A program made the position numbers and the translations under genes. A stretch of DNA of 64,000 nt from Planctomycetota bacterium (GTDB taxonomy: Bacteria > Planctomycetota > Planctomycetia > Pirellulales > Lacipirellulaceae). The notes under the pieces are model-generated. The model made no database searches and was not told the origin of the DNA. It saw nothing but the letters and a program-made list of their open reading frames with translations. The stretch lies in contig JBCCXZ010000002.1 in the NCBI GenBank assembly GCA_039190745.1, positions 76,508-140,507 of the forward strand, given 5' to 3'. Position 1 is the stretch's first letter. Every line of letters starts with the position of its first letter. Positions 21,193 through 31,694 of this stretch are shown piece after piece.

Positions 21193-22020
21193 CTAGGCAA
21201 GCAGGGCAAGCACGGCGGAGTGGAGTTCGCCCGTTGCGGCTGCCAGGTAGTTCGGCTCTTCGATCCGGAAGTCACCGCCAGTAGAAGAGGTTACGACACC
21301 GCCCGCCTCGGTGATGAGCAGCACCCCTGCGGCGGCGTCCCAAGGACGAATCGAGTGCGCCCAGTGGGCGTCCATCCTGCCCGATGCGACGTAGGCCAGG
21401 TTCAGCGCAGCCGACCCGGTCCGCCGGATCGCCCGGCAAGCCGGAGAAACACGCAGCATGCTGTTTAGGTCTGCGTCGTCCGAAGAAACCTGAGGCGGCA
21501 GACTCGCGGCGACCAAGGCTTCGTTGATTTCGGTGGTCTCGGAGGCGCGGATCGGCTGCCCGTTGAGCTCCGCACCGTGCCCCAACGCAGCGGCGAAGCA
21601 CTCTTGCCTTAAAGGGTCAAACACCGCTCCCGCAACGACCTGACCCCGAAAGCAAACCGCGACCGAAACGGCAAAAAACGGGAAGTCGTGGACGTAGTTC
21701 GTGGTCCCGTCCAAAGGGTCGACGACCCAGCAATACTCGGATTCCAGTTGGGCAAAGTCTTCCGATTCCTCACCCAGGAATCCGTGCTCGGGGTAGGCGT
21801 CGGCCACGACCCGTCGGATCGCTTCCTGGGAAGCCAAATCGGCGTCGGTCACGAAGTCTCGCGGGGCCTTCTCGCGGGAAGCGGCTGTCCCGCGGAGCCT
21901 TAGCAACTCGGCCCCGCCCAGCTTCGCGGCCGCTTCGCAGAGTTCTAGGAGTGGGCTGAGTTCATCGGTTCGAGGCACGGGCTGACTCTGGGATTTCGGA
22001 GACGAACGACGCAAGGCCAT
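21193..22020 (-). CDS. suhB: Inositol monophosphatase family protein (SuhB-like)
   Basis: DFVTDAD, FLGEE, WVVDPLDGTTNYVH, RRTGSAALNLAYVASGRMD, WDAAAG. Start uncertain. Confidence 0.9.
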   Translation of the reverse strand: MALRRSSPKSQSQPVPRTDELSPLLELCEAAAKLGGAELLRLRGTAASREKAPRDFVTDADLASQEAIRRVVADAYPEHGFLGEESEDFAQLESEYCWVVDPLDGTTNYVHDFPFFAVSVAVCFRGQVVAGAVFDPLRQECFAAALGHGAELNGQPIRASETTEINEALVAASLPPQVSSDDADLNSMLRVSPACRAIRRTGSAALNLAYVASGRMDAHWAHSIRPWDAAAGVLLITEAGGVVTSSTGGDFRIEEPNYLAAATGELHSAVLALLA

Positions 22021-22396
22021 TAGGAGACTTGGCTTACAGCCTGCTTTCCAGCGATACGGGAAGATCGAAACAGGGCAAACACGCTCGCAAGCAAAAAAGA
22101 AGCGGCGCAACTGCTGGACAGCTTACCGCAAATGAGTATGATCGTTCAGTGAAGAAGGAGTTAGCAGACCGTGTCCGCGGGCATTGGCCAGCCGCTCTTT
22201 TGCAGCGGTTTCGACTTTGCCTCATCTTATCATTCCCCCACTGCAGACACGGCCTCTTCTCTGTTCCGGCCCCGTCGCTTCACCCTCGGGTGTTTCGGCG
22301 GGGTTTTTTATTGGGATTACGCATCGAACGAGTTAACCGGCTGCCGGGATCGTCGTTGACCTCACACGCTTGGTCGACACTCCTGCCGAATGTCGC

Positions 22397-23074
22397 ATGA
22401 CTGAAGCCTGGCGCCTGGAAGCAAACCGCGCGACACTCCGCACCCCGGAGCTCAGCGCCATGCTCGACGCGACACAGCCCGGTTTGGGTCTGCAGTCGGT
22501 CTTCCGCGGCGAGCAGAAAGTTGCGGACTCGCTCTTCGGAGTTGGGCTGGAGAGCGAAACACTTCGGCTAGTGGACTGCTTCGTACGGACCAGCGACCTC
22601 GTTGGTCGTTACGAGACTGCCAACGGCCAAACGCACCTGACTGCTTATTGGCGACTCAGCCACGCCGAGGGGTCGGGCATCGGTATCGACCTTGTCGCTT
22701 CAGTGAGCACGGACGTGCTGGAAGCGTTTCCCGACCTGCGTTCGTCGAGCACTTATAGAGATTCAAACGCGGTTCTCTGGCAGGCAGGGGATGACGCTAA
22801 CGAAAAGAGCGACCGCGCCGTGATCGTTGCGGGAGACGGCTGGTCGGCGGTGGAATTGCCGCTGGAAGGTTCGCACGCCGAGCCGAGCGTGCCAACTGAC
22901 GGGGAACAACCCTCGGTCTCTTGGCGCCTGGCTTCGGGCTTTATGGAGAAGGGCGTTATCCGCCGGGCGGTGCTCCGCTGCCGGTTGCAACACGGAGCGA
23001 GCCAGCCGAGCGACACGCAAGTGGCCGCCTGGCTCGAGGACCTCCGTGTACCCGGCCCTCCGCTTTCGGCGTAG
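22397..23074 (+). CDS. Hypothetical protein
   Basis: ORF divergent from suhB, beta-rich, with C-terminal FMEKGVIRRA segment. Confidence 0.65.
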   Translation: MTEAWRLEANRATLRTPELSAMLDATQPGLGLQSVFRGEQKVADSLFGVGLESETLRLVDCFVRTSDLVGRYETANGQTHLTAYWRLSHAEGSGIGIDLVASVSTDVLEAFPDLRSSSTYRDSNAVLWQAGDDANEKSDRAVIVAGDGWSAVELPLEGSHAEPSVPTDGEQPSVSWRLASGFMEKGVIRRAVLRCRLQHGASQPSDTQVAAWLEDLRVPGPPLSA

Positions 23075-23092
23075 CCGCTCGCAGCTACCTCG

Positions 23093-23698
23093 TTAGGGCG
23101 TCTTGCGTAGCTGAGGTTTTCCAACCGGAAGGGGCTCGGCCTGCTTCGGCAAGAGCACGCGCGACGGGCCAGAGAGGTCGGCGACCGTCAGGAGTTCGGC
23201 CAAACCGGCACCGGCTAGTTCCGGGCCAGAGACGTAGCGGCCGGGGTTGATCCAATCGGTCATCAAGTCGCGGGAGACGCCGAACAACTCGGCGAGTAGC
23301 GAGTCCATATCCTTTTCGAGGTTGGCGAAATGGCGGGCCCACTCGGCGGCCTCGGCCATGCCGACGTTCTCTTCGCTCTGCCAACGCATGGGGTGGAAGA
23401 GCAGGACGCTGTAGGGGGTGACCCAGCGGTTCTCGCAAGCGGCGAACGGCCAGAGCGCCGCCGACGAACACTCGCCCGTGACGATCCCGGTGGCCCGCAA
23501 GCCGCGGAGCCGGAGGATGGTCATCAGCGAGACGGCGCAGTAGGGGCTGCCGCCGGGCGAATCGAAATAGATGGTGCACTCGCCGCCGGGCGGGATTTCG
23601 AGCAGCCGCTCGGTGAGCTCAGCCTCCCGATCGGTGAGGTCTCCGCAGAGAGAAATCTCCGGGGCGGGTTCGTCGTCCGTCTCGTGTTGTTGGCTCAT
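23093..23698 (-). CDS. ClpP-like peptidase (S14-related)
   Basis: IYFDSPGGS, GECSSAA (Ser), LLFHP (His). Confidence 0.8.
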   Translation of the reverse strand: MSQQHETDDEPAPEISLCGDLTDREAELTERLLEIPPGGECTIYFDSPGGSPYCAVSLMTILRLRGLRATGIVTGECSSAALWPFAACENRWVTPYSVLLFHPMRWQSEENVGMAEAAEWARHFANLEKDMDSLLAELFGVSRDLMTDWINPGRYVSGPELAGAGLAELLTVADLSGPSRVLLPKQAEPLPVGKPQLRKTP

Positions 23699-23923
23699 GT
23701 TGAGGCGTCCTGAGCTTCTCGGTTAGGCCCGCATGACGCCCTTTGCTAGAGAGCAAACGGCGGGGCCCATTTCCGTTATTGTAAAGAGAGAGGCGGGCGA
23801 CCACCAGTTTCCAGCACGCGCCTGGGACCAACCCGCTGCCCTCACAACCCCTATATCCCTCCTTCGGATGACAGCACCCGCCAGGCCGGCGACGCTCCGC
23901 CCGGGGCTTTGAGCGGAGAGCCG

Positions 23924-25807
23924 ATGAGCTACCGAAGCCTCCAAGAATGCACCGACGACCTCAGACGCCACGGCCATCTCAGGGAAGTAGACCACCCGAT
24001 CGAGAGCAACCTGGTTGCCGCTGCGGTGCAACGACGGCTCTTCGCGGCGGGCGGGCCGGCGGTGCTGATGCGGAACCTCACGGGCACCGAGTTCCCGGTG
24101 CTGGCGAACCTGTACGGCACGCCCGAGCGGGTGCGCTTCCTGTTCCGCCATTCGCTTGACGCCGTGCGCCGGTTAGTGGAAATCAAATCCGACCCCGAGA
24201 ACCTCAAGAACCGCCCGCTGCGCTACGTCGGCACGCCGCTCACCGCGCTCACGATGCTGCCGCGCAGCGTCCGCCGGGGGCCGGTGCTGGCGAACGAGAC
24301 GACGGTCAGCCGACTGCCGCAAATCACGAGCTGGCCGCACGACGGCGGGGCGTTCGTCACCCTGCCCCAGGTCTACTCAGAAGACCCACGGGCGCCGGGG
24401 CTGAACAAGTCGAACCTCGGCATGTACCGGGTGCAACTGAGCGGCAACGAGTACGCAACCGACGCGGAGATCGGGCTGCATTACCAAACGCACCGCTCGA
24501 TCGGCGTGCACCACCAAGCGGCTCGCGAGCTCGGCAAGCCGCTGCACGTGAATATCTTTGTCGGCGGCCCGCCGTCGATGGCGGTGTCGGCGGTGATGCC
24601 GTTGCCCGAGGGGATGAGCGAGCTGACCTTCGCCGGTGCCTTGGGCGGGCGTCGGGTCCGCATGGTGAAACGACGCGACGGGGCGTCGATTCACGCCGAC
24701 GCCGACTTCTGCATCTGCGGCACGATCGAAGACGGACGCCTGCTGCCCGAGGGCCCGTTCGGCGACCACCTGGGGTACTACGCGCTCACGCACGACTTCC
24801 CCGTGTTGAAGGTCCACAAGGTGTACCACCGCGACGGCGCCATCTGGCCGTTCACCGTGGTAGGCCGCCCGCCTCAGGAAGACACGATGTTCGGCGAGCT
24901 GATCCACGAGATCACGGGCCCGCTGATCCCCACGGTGCTGCCGGGCGTGGAGGCGGTGCACGCGGTCGACGCGGCGGGCGTCCACCCGCTGCTGCTGGCG
25001 GTCGGCAGCGAACGTTACATGCCGTTCCTCGAAGAGCAGCAGCCTCAGGAACTGCTCACCCAGGCGCACGCCATCTTGGGGCAGGGGCAGCTCTCGCTGG
25101 CGAAGTTCCTGCTGATCGCGGCGCGGCAGGACGAAGCGGGGCTCGACATCCACGACATTGGGGCGTTCCTCGCGCACATGCTGCGGCGGGCCGACTGGAC
25201 GCGCGACCTGCACTTCCACACGCAAACCACGATCGACACGCTCGACTACTCAGGCTTCAGTGTGAACAAGGGGTCGAAGCTCGTAGTCGCCGCGACGGGT
25301 TCGCCGGCATTCGAGCTGGCGACTGAAGTACCGGCCGACTTGCACTTGCCGGAAGGGTTCAACAATCCCATTGTCGCGTTGCCGGGCGTGCTGGCGGTCG
25401 AGGGGCCGCGTTGCCCGGCGCCGTCTTTCGACTACGACGTTTCGCGGACCGCGCGGGCTGCGCACGACGAGCAGGCGCGGGCGGAGATCGAACGCTTCTG
25501 TGACGCGTTCGCGGCGGACGGCTCGATCAACCGGTTCCGCTGGGTGCTGGTGGTGGACGACAGCCGGTTTGTTGCAGAGTCGCTCAACAACCTGCTGTGG
25601 GCCGTGTTCACGCGGGCAAACCCGGCGACCGATGTTTCGGGCATCGGAGCATTCATCGAAGACAAACACTGGGGCTGCCGCGGGGCGCTTGTGATCGACG
25701 CACGCATCAAGGCGCACCACGCCCCGATAGTGGAAGAAGACCCCGAAACGACCGCGGCCGTCGAGGCGCTTGCGGCTTCCGGCGGCCCGCTGCATGGGCT
25801 CTATTAG
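23924..25807 (+). CDS. UbiD family prFMN-dependent decarboxylase
   Basis: NLYGTPER, DGGAFVTLP, NLGMYRVQ, EGPFGDHLGYY, VGRPPQED. Confidence 0.93.
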   Translation: MSYRSLQECTDDLRRHGHLREVDHPIESNLVAAAVQRRLFAAGGPAVLMRNLTGTEFPVLANLYGTPERVRFLFRHSLDAVRRLVEIKSDPENLKNRPLRYVGTPLTALTMLPRSVRRGPVLANETTVSRLPQITSWPHDGGAFVTLPQVYSEDPRAPGLNKSNLGMYRVQLSGNEYATDAEIGLHYQTHRSIGVHHQAARELGKPLHVNIFVGGPPSMAVSAVMPLPEGMSELTFAGALGGRRVRMVKRRDGASIHADADFCICGTIEDGRLLPEGPFGDHLGYYALTHDFPVLKVHKVYHRDGAIWPFTVVGRPPQEDTMFGELIHEITGPLIPTVLPGVEAVHAVDAAGVHPLLLAVGSERYMPFLEEQQPQELLTQAHAILGQGQLSLAKFLLIAARQDEAGLDIHDIGAFLAHMLRRADWTRDLHFHTQTTIDTLDYSGFSVNKGSKLVVAATGSPAFELATEVPADLHLPEGFNNPIVALPGVLAVEGPRCPAPSFDYDVSRTARAAHDEQARAEIERFCDAFAADGSINRFRWVLVVDDSRFVAESLNNLLWAVFTRANPATDVSGIGAFIEDKHWGCRGALVIDARIKAHHAPIVEEDPETTAAVEALAASGGPLHGLY

Positions 25808-25931
25808 TCGGCCTTTCTTGCGCCGCGTCCACTTCCTGTAGGGCGGTTGGTCGACAGCGGCTATCCTGTAGGGCTTGCGTCGAGCGTCTGCAGGACGCGG
25901 CGAGCAGCACCTTCTAAGGATTCACGCCACG

Positions 25932-27317
25932 ATGGCATCGATCGCGTTTCACGGCGGAGCCGGCACGGTGACGGGCTCGAAGTTCCTGCTCGAAGCGGGC
26001 GGGTGCGAGGTGCTCGTCGACTGCGGCATGTTTCAGGGCCTGAAAGAGCTGCGGAAACGCAACTGGGACGCGCCCGACTTCGACCCTGCGGCACTCGACG
26101 CGGTAGTGCTCACCCACGCCCACCTCGACCACACCGGTTACCTGCCCCGAATTGTGAAGCAAGGCTTCCAGCGGAAGGTGTACTGCACGCCCGCCACGAG
26201 CAAGCTGGCAGAGCTGATCCTGCTCGACTCGGCCAAGTGCCAGGAGTACGACGCGGAGTACGCCAACCGTAAAGGGTACTCCAAGCACAAACCGGCCAAG
26301 CCGCTGTACAACGGCCGCGACGTCGAGCGCACGGTGTCGCTCTTCCGAGAAGTACGCCGCGGCGAGTGGTTCCAAGCCGCGGGGCCGATCTGGATGCGGT
26401 TCTACGACGCCGGACACCTGCTCGGCTCGAGCATGATCGAGGTTGAACTCCGCGAGAACGACCCTCCGATCCGGCTGCTATTCTCCGGCGACGTCGGCCG
26501 GTACGACGGCCCACTGTACCACGACCCAGCGCCGCCCCCGGCTTGCGACTACCTCGTCTGCGAGAGCACCTACGGCAACCGCGACCACCCGGAGGTCGAC
26601 CTGCTCGACTCCCTTGCCGAGGTCGTCGGCCGGGCGGTCGAGCGCGGCGGCGTGATGCTGGTCGCTTCGTTTGCGGTGGGCCGTGCGCAGCAGTTGATCT
26701 ACTTGCTGCAACTGCTGAAGGGCGCGGGCCGGATACCAGACCTGCCGGTTTACCTCGACAGCCCGATGGCTTGCAACGCGACGCAGATCTACCGCTCGCA
26801 CGCCAGCGACCACGACCTGAGCGACGGCGAGCTGGCCGACGACCGCCCGGTGCTCGGCGGCCCGCAGGTGCACCTGTGCAAGAAAACCGACGCCTCGAAG
26901 GCGCTCAACCATCTCGAAGGACCGGCGGTGATCATCTCGAGCAGTGGCATGATGACCGGGGGCCGGATCATCCACCACCTGAAGCAAAGGCTGCCAAGCG
27001 AGAAAAACACGATCGTGCTCGGCGGCTACATGGCCAAGGGCACGCGCGGCCGGCGGCTGCAGGAAGGCTGCGAGACGTTGCGGATGCACGGCCGCGACGT
27101 GCCGGTGCGGGCGGCGATAGAGACCGTTTCGGGCCTCAGCGGCCACGCGGGCCGGAGCGAGCTGCACCGCTGGCTCGAGCCGCTCCCCGATCCCAAGCGT
27201 GTGTTCCTCACGCACGGCGAACCGGACAGCCTTGACGCTTTTTCAGCCGACCTAAAGTCCTCCCGCGGGTGGGAGGTCACGGTCCCCGGCCTTGGCGACC
27301 GCTGTGAGCTAACCTAG
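25932..27317 (+). CDS. MBL-fold beta-CASP metallo-hydrolase (RNA-processing type)
   Basis: GAGTVTGS, DCGMFQG, THAHLDHTG, AGHLLGS, FSGDVG, ESTYG, SGHAG, THGE. Confidence 0.93.
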   Translation: MASIAFHGGAGTVTGSKFLLEAGGCEVLVDCGMFQGLKELRKRNWDAPDFDPAALDAVVLTHAHLDHTGYLPRIVKQGFQRKVYCTPATSKLAELILLDSAKCQEYDAEYANRKGYSKHKPAKPLYNGRDVERTVSLFREVRRGEWFQAAGPIWMRFYDAGHLLGSSMIEVELRENDPPIRLLFSGDVGRYDGPLYHDPAPPPACDYLVCESTYGNRDHPEVDLLDSLAEVVGRAVERGGVMLVASFAVGRAQQLIYLLQLLKGAGRIPDLPVYLDSPMACNATQIYRSHASDHDLSDGELADDRPVLGGPQVHLCKKTDASKALNHLEGPAVIISSSGMMTGGRIIHHLKQRLPSEKNTIVLGGYMAKGTRGRRLQEGCETLRMHGRDVPVRAAIETVSGLSGHAGRSELHRWLEPLPDPKRVFLTHGEPDSLDAFSADLKSSRGWEVTVPGLGDRCELT

Positions 27318-27374
27318 TCTGGCGGCCCGCCGCGTGGCCGCACTCAACCGAAATCCTCTCAGACCGATTGATCG

Positions 27375-28217
27375 ATGGACAAGAAAGTCGAAGCCAACCG
27401 CCGAGCCATCCTCGACTCGCACACGTACCAGCTCGCCGAGCTGGACATCGACTTCCTGGGACGCGGCGAGCAACGCCCCGTGCGGATGCAGCTCGAACTG
27501 CAGAAGGTCGAGACCCTGTTGCGAGAGAACCAGATCGATTCAACCGTCGTCGTGTTTGGCGGGACGCAGATCGTGCCAGAGGAAGAAGCCAAGGCGCGGC
27601 TCGCGATGGCGAAACGGCGCCTCGGCAAGGGCTTCAAAGACGATCCGCGCGAAGAACGCAACGTCCAGCGGGCCGAGAGCGTGCTCGCCAAGTCGCGGTT
27701 CTACGAGGAGGCCCGCGAGTTCGGTCGCCTCGTTTCTTCCGCTTGCCAGTTGAACGGGAAGTGCGAGTACGTGATCGCCACCGGCGGCGGCCCCGGGGTG
27801 ATGGAGGCTGCCAACCGCGGCGCGTTCGAGATCGGCGCCAAGAGTATCGGCTTCAACATCGAGCTGCCCCACGAGCAAGAGCCCAACCCGTACATCACGC
27901 CGGAGCTGTGCTTCCAGTTCAGCTACTTCGCGTTGCGGAAGTTCCACTTCGTGCTGCGTGCGGCGGCGTTGGTGGTCTTCCCCGGCGGCTTCGGCACCCT
28001 CGATGAGCTCTTCAACACACTCACTCTGCGGCAAACGGGACGCATGCAGTCGATACCGATCATCCTGTACGGCGAAGAGTACTGGAAGAGTGTCGTGAAC
28101 TTTCAGCAACTGGCCGACGAGGGCGTGATCGCCGACGACCACCTCGACCTCATTAGTTTCGCCGAAACGCCCGATGAGGCGTGGAACATCATCTGCGATT
28201 TCCATCACATCTGCTGA
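27375..28217 (+). CDS. LOG family protein (TIGR00730-like nucleotide phosphoribohydrolase)
   Basis: TGGGPGVMEAANRGA, EQEPNPY, PGGFGTLDE. Confidence 0.92.
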   Translation: MDKKVEANRRAILDSHTYQLAELDIDFLGRGEQRPVRMQLELQKVETLLRENQIDSTVVVFGGTQIVPEEEAKARLAMAKRRLGKGFKDDPREERNVQRAESVLAKSRFYEEAREFGRLVSSACQLNGKCEYVIATGGGPGVMEAANRGAFEIGAKSIGFNIELPHEQEPNPYITPELCFQFSYFALRKFHFVLRAAALVVFPGGFGTLDELFNTLTLRQTGRMQSIPIILYGEEYWKSVVNFQQLADEGVIADDHLDLISFAETPDEAWNIICDFHHIC

Positions 28218-28333
28218 TTCGCGATGGCTAGCAGTTGCCGCGCAGGGGCGGGTTGGCGATACTTCTACCACTCCATCCTTTGGAGAGGCCGCTCGGTCTT
28301 TCGGCCCAGCTATATTGCAACGAGGCGTTCCTC

Positions 28334-29521
28334 ATGAGTGTGCGTGACCTGCTGCTTTCTTTCACGACCGTGGCTGCGCTAGTGTTGTTCGCAAGCACCG
28401 CGCCCGCCCAGGAACAGCCGGCCGAGAAGCCTGGCGTGTCGATCCCTGACGGGACCGTGGAAGAGCTGTTCGAGTACGTCGACACCGTTGCCCGTCGGCA
28501 GCCCGAGGGCGACGACGAGCAGGCGATCGTCCGGCACAACCTCGAAACGGCCCGTTCGATCCTGGCGATCTCCGAGGCGGTGCTCGCAAAAGAGCCGAGC
28601 GACCGTGACGCGGCGCAGGCGGTGTCACTGCAGCTGCAAGCGTTGACGGTCCTGCGGCGGCTCGAAGAACCCGGCGCGGACAAGGTGTTCGACAAGGCGG
28701 TCGACGCAGCGCGACGCGACGACCGTGCAGACGTGCGGGCGTTCGGGCTGAAGTACTTCATCGAGTCGGGCTTCGAGCGGTGGTCGATTACCTCCGACGA
28801 TCAGAAACAGGCAGTCGTCGACGCGGTCGCGGGCGAGTTCGAGCAGGATGAGGTCGGCGGGAGCGAGGTGCAACTGCTGATGACCGTCACCGACTTCCTC
28901 GCCGATGTCGGCGAAGAGCAGCGGGCTAGCGGCCTGTTCGAGCAGGTGATGCCGCGGCTGCGTGAAACGCTCGACGCCGAGATGGTCGGCCGCATCGAGG
29001 GCGTCGCTCGAAGAATCGGCCTGCTTGGGAACGAGATGGAATTGGAGGGCACGCTGCTGGGCGGGGGCGAACTCGACTGGAAGTCGTACCGTGGCAAGGT
29101 GGTGCTGGTTGACTTCTGGGCGAGCTGGTGCGGCCCCTGCCGGGCCGAGGTGCCCAACGTGCTGAGGATGTACCAGGCCTATCGCGAGAAGGGCTTCGAC
29201 GTGGTCGGCATCAACCTCGACGCGACCGAAGAGCAGGCCAACAGCTACATCGTTCAGATGGAGCTGCCGTGGCCGAACCTCTTCAACCAGGACGAAGCGG
29301 CCCGCGAGTGGGAGCACCCGATGGTGGTGTACTACGGCGTGACCGGCATCCCGCGGGCGATCTTGGTCGACCGCGAAGGGAAAGTCGTCAGCATGAACGC
29401 CCGCGGCCCCGAACTGGAACGGTTGCTACGCGAGCAGCTCGGCGCGCCGGTCGCCTCCGCCGAAACCCCGGACGGAGCAACGACGGGAGGGGTATCGCCG
29501 GCGGGATTCAGCCAGCCGTAG
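28334..29521 (+). CDS. Exported TlpA-family thiol-disulfide oxidoreductase with helical N-terminal domain
   Basis: Signal peptide; YRGKVVLVDFWASWCGPC; YGVTGIP cis-Pro loop. Confidence 0.9.
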   Translation: MSVRDLLLSFTTVAALVLFASTAPAQEQPAEKPGVSIPDGTVEELFEYVDTVARRQPEGDDEQAIVRHNLETARSILAISEAVLAKEPSDRDAAQAVSLQLQALTVLRRLEEPGADKVFDKAVDAARRDDRADVRAFGLKYFIESGFERWSITSDDQKQAVVDAVAGEFEQDEVGGSEVQLLMTVTDFLADVGEEQRASGLFEQVMPRLRETLDAEMVGRIEGVARRIGLLGNEMELEGTLLGGGELDWKSYRGKVVLVDFWASWCGPCRAEVPNVLRMYQAYREKGFDVVGINLDATEEQANSYIVQMELPWPNLFNQDEAAREWEHPMVVYYGVTGIPRAILVDREGKVVSMNARGPELERLLREQLGAPVASAETPDGATTGGVSPAGFSQP

Positions 29522-29731
29522 GCCTCCCTGTTCGCAACCAACGATCTTACGTCTCTTTGTTGGCGTTGCGTACCGCATGCGCCAATCTCCTCAGTCCTCC
29601 CCGTGTTTCAGGTGCACCTTCTCCTGTTTCGCTTCGGGCCTGCTAGAATACCGGCCTGCCAAAAAACCGGGCCTATTGTGCCCAGGGCGATTGGGACAGA
29701 GGCGTTCCTAGGAATCTAAAGGGGCAGAGCC

Positions 29732-31054
29732 ATGTTTCGTGCAGGCATTGTTTTGCGATCGTGCCTAGTGTCGGCGGTGTTTGCAGCGGCCGTCCGGGCC
29801 GATGACGGCTTGTTGGCACCGGTTCGACTGGAACACACGCGAGGAGTGATCGACTGCGGCGAGGCGTGGGGTCACGCGAGCCCCGCGGTTCACGACGTGG
29901 ATGGCGACGGACTGGAAGACCTGATCGTCGGCGACTTCAGCGGCACGTTCTCGGTGTACCGGAACGTCGGCTCGACAGGCACACCGGCGTACGAGTTGGA
30001 CGGCAAGCTCAAGGCCGGCGGCGAAGAAGCCAAGGTGTGGATCTACTGCTGCATCGGCTCGCAGTCCCGTTTCGGCGACCTCGACGGCGACGGGCTTGTG
30101 GACATGATCTCCAACTCTTACGACCCGGGGCACTGCTATCTTTTCCGCGGCGTGGAGGGCAACGGCTTTGCCGCGCGGGAAGAACTGCTCGACAAGTCGG
30201 GCACGCCGGTGCGGAGTGCACCGACCCAGCAGCAGGACTACCAGTCGTTTGGCAGCTTCTTTGAGCTGGTCGACTGGGACGCCGATGGCGACCTCGACGT
30301 GCTGATCGGCTGCTTCGACGGCAAGATGATGCTGCGCATGAACGAAGGCACGCCCGAAGCGTATGCGTTCGCGGCGGAGAACGTGCCCGTCGAGGCGGCG
30401 GGCGAGCCAATGGAAGTGGCCAAGCACCTATGCCCGGTCGTGGCCGACTGGGACGGCAACGGTTTGTGGGACATTATCGCGGGCGCTGAGGACGGCAGCG
30501 TGACTTGGTTCCGTAACGTCGGCGCGGCAGGCGATCCGGAGTTCGCGGCGGGGGAAACCCTAGTCGAAACAAGCGTCGATTACACCTCCTACCGAGTCCG
30601 GTGGGCAGACGAAGACCCGAAGCCGGGAGTCAGGACGCAGGTCGAAGTCACCGACTACAACGGCGACGGCAAGTCCGACTTGCTGGTCGGCGATTTCTAC
30701 ACGGCCTACGATTTTAAGAAAGGCCTGACCGACGAGCAGCGACAGACCATCTTGGAACTGATCGCCGAACATGAAAACGCCAAGCAAGCTTTCTCAGACA
30801 AGTTCCTGGCCATGCGAGAAGAGTTCACTGGACGCTACCCAGGCGAGGAAGCCTTCAGCGGCGAGGCAGAGAAGGCGTGGTCTGACATGTATCAGGAGTT
30901 GCGCGAGAGCCCAGAAGCGAAGGAGAAAGAAATCGCCGGGGAAGTATTTGCTGAGGCGCTGTTGCCCTATTTGGCCTCCACTCGCAACGAGAGTACCGAC
31001 GTGTACAACTTAGCGAAGTCTCACGGCCACGTTTGGTTGTACCTCCGCAAGTGA
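29732..31054 (+). CDS. Secreted FG-GAP/VCBS repeat protein
   Basis: Signal peptide; five repeats DVDGDGLEDL, DLDGDGLVDM, DWDADGDLDV, DWDGNGLWDI, DYNGDGKSDL; vicinal WIYCCIG. Confidence 0.88.
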   Translation: MFRAGIVLRSCLVSAVFAAAVRADDGLLAPVRLEHTRGVIDCGEAWGHASPAVHDVDGDGLEDLIVGDFSGTFSVYRNVGSTGTPAYELDGKLKAGGEEAKVWIYCCIGSQSRFGDLDGDGLVDMISNSYDPGHCYLFRGVEGNGFAAREELLDKSGTPVRSAPTQQQDYQSFGSFFELVDWDADGDLDVLIGCFDGKMMLRMNEGTPEAYAFAAENVPVEAAGEPMEVAKHLCPVVADWDGNGLWDIIAGAEDGSVTWFRNVGAAGDPEFAAGETLVETSVDYTSYRVRWADEDPKPGVRTQVEVTDYNGDGKSDLLVGDFYTAYDFKKGLTDEQRQTILELIAEHENAKQAFSDKFLAMREEFTGRYPGEEAFSGEAEKAWSDMYQELRESPEAKEKEIAGEVFAEALLPYLASTRNESTDVYNLAKSHGHVWLYLRK

Positions 31055-31066
31055 TCCGGGGCGCAC

Positions 31067-31651
31067 ATGTCAGATCGGTTACTTCTCGTGCGACTTGCCA
31101 AAGCGATGTTCGCAAGCCTGTTGTTGAGCACAGCATTGACGGGCTGTGGCGATGCGCCGGAGCCAGCCGTGCCGCGGCCCTCTGTGTCTTTTGCCCCAGT
31201 CGAGGTCGACACTTCCCCGCAGCCGGTGCTGCTGAGCTACAAGCCGCGGACAGACGACGACCCGGTGATCGCCGCGCTGCGCGTGGAGGACCGGGTCCGC
31301 CCGGGGCGGGAGTTCGAGGTGTCGGTCGTACTGGACGTTGCGCCCGGTTATGAAGTGCGTAAGCTTGGGGCCGCGCCGCCGGCGTCGCCGACGGAACTGA
31401 CGCTCGACCTCCCGGAAGGCTTTGAATTGGTCGGCGAGTGGGAATCGCCTCAGACCGAGCGCTCGATGGGACTCGACGACCACCCGGTTCACACGGGCGA
31501 AGCAGAATTCACCGTCGACGTGCGGGTCGCGGACGACGTGTTGCTGGTCGACCACGAGCTCTTCTGCAAGGTCGGCTACCAGGCGTGCACCGCGGAGCAG
31601 TGCCTGCGGCCGGTGGAGCACAAGCTGCGTTTGCGAGTGGGGGTGCGGTAG
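31067..31651 (+). CDS. Lipoprotein with DsbD N-terminal (Ig-like) domain
   Basis: Lipobox LTGC; LDVAPGY; C-terminal YQACTAEQCLRP, resembling the nDsbD cysteine loop. Confidence 0.78.
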   Translation: MSDRLLLVRLAKAMFASLLLSTALTGCGDAPEPAVPRPSVSFAPVEVDTSPQPVLLSYKPRTDDDPVIAALRVEDRVRPGREFEVSVVLDVAPGYEVRKLGAAPPASPTELTLDLPEGFELVGEWESPQTERSMGLDDHPVHTGEAEFTVDVRVADDVLLVDHELFCKVGYQACTAEQCLRPVEHKLRLRVGVR

Positions 31652-31694
31652 CAACGCTCCACGCCCTGATCATTCGTGTACACTGCTACTCGGC

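Noticed and set aside
11498..23074. Weaker codon bias suggesting a horizontally acquired island
   Set aside because: No integrase, tRNA, flanking repeats or sharp boundaries are visible, and the region includes suhB. Low expression explains it equally well; not quantified.
25834..25874. TCCTGTAGGGC direct repeat, 30 bp apart
   Set aside because: Only two short copies; cannot be distinguished from a REP relic or chance. Not a CRISPR array.
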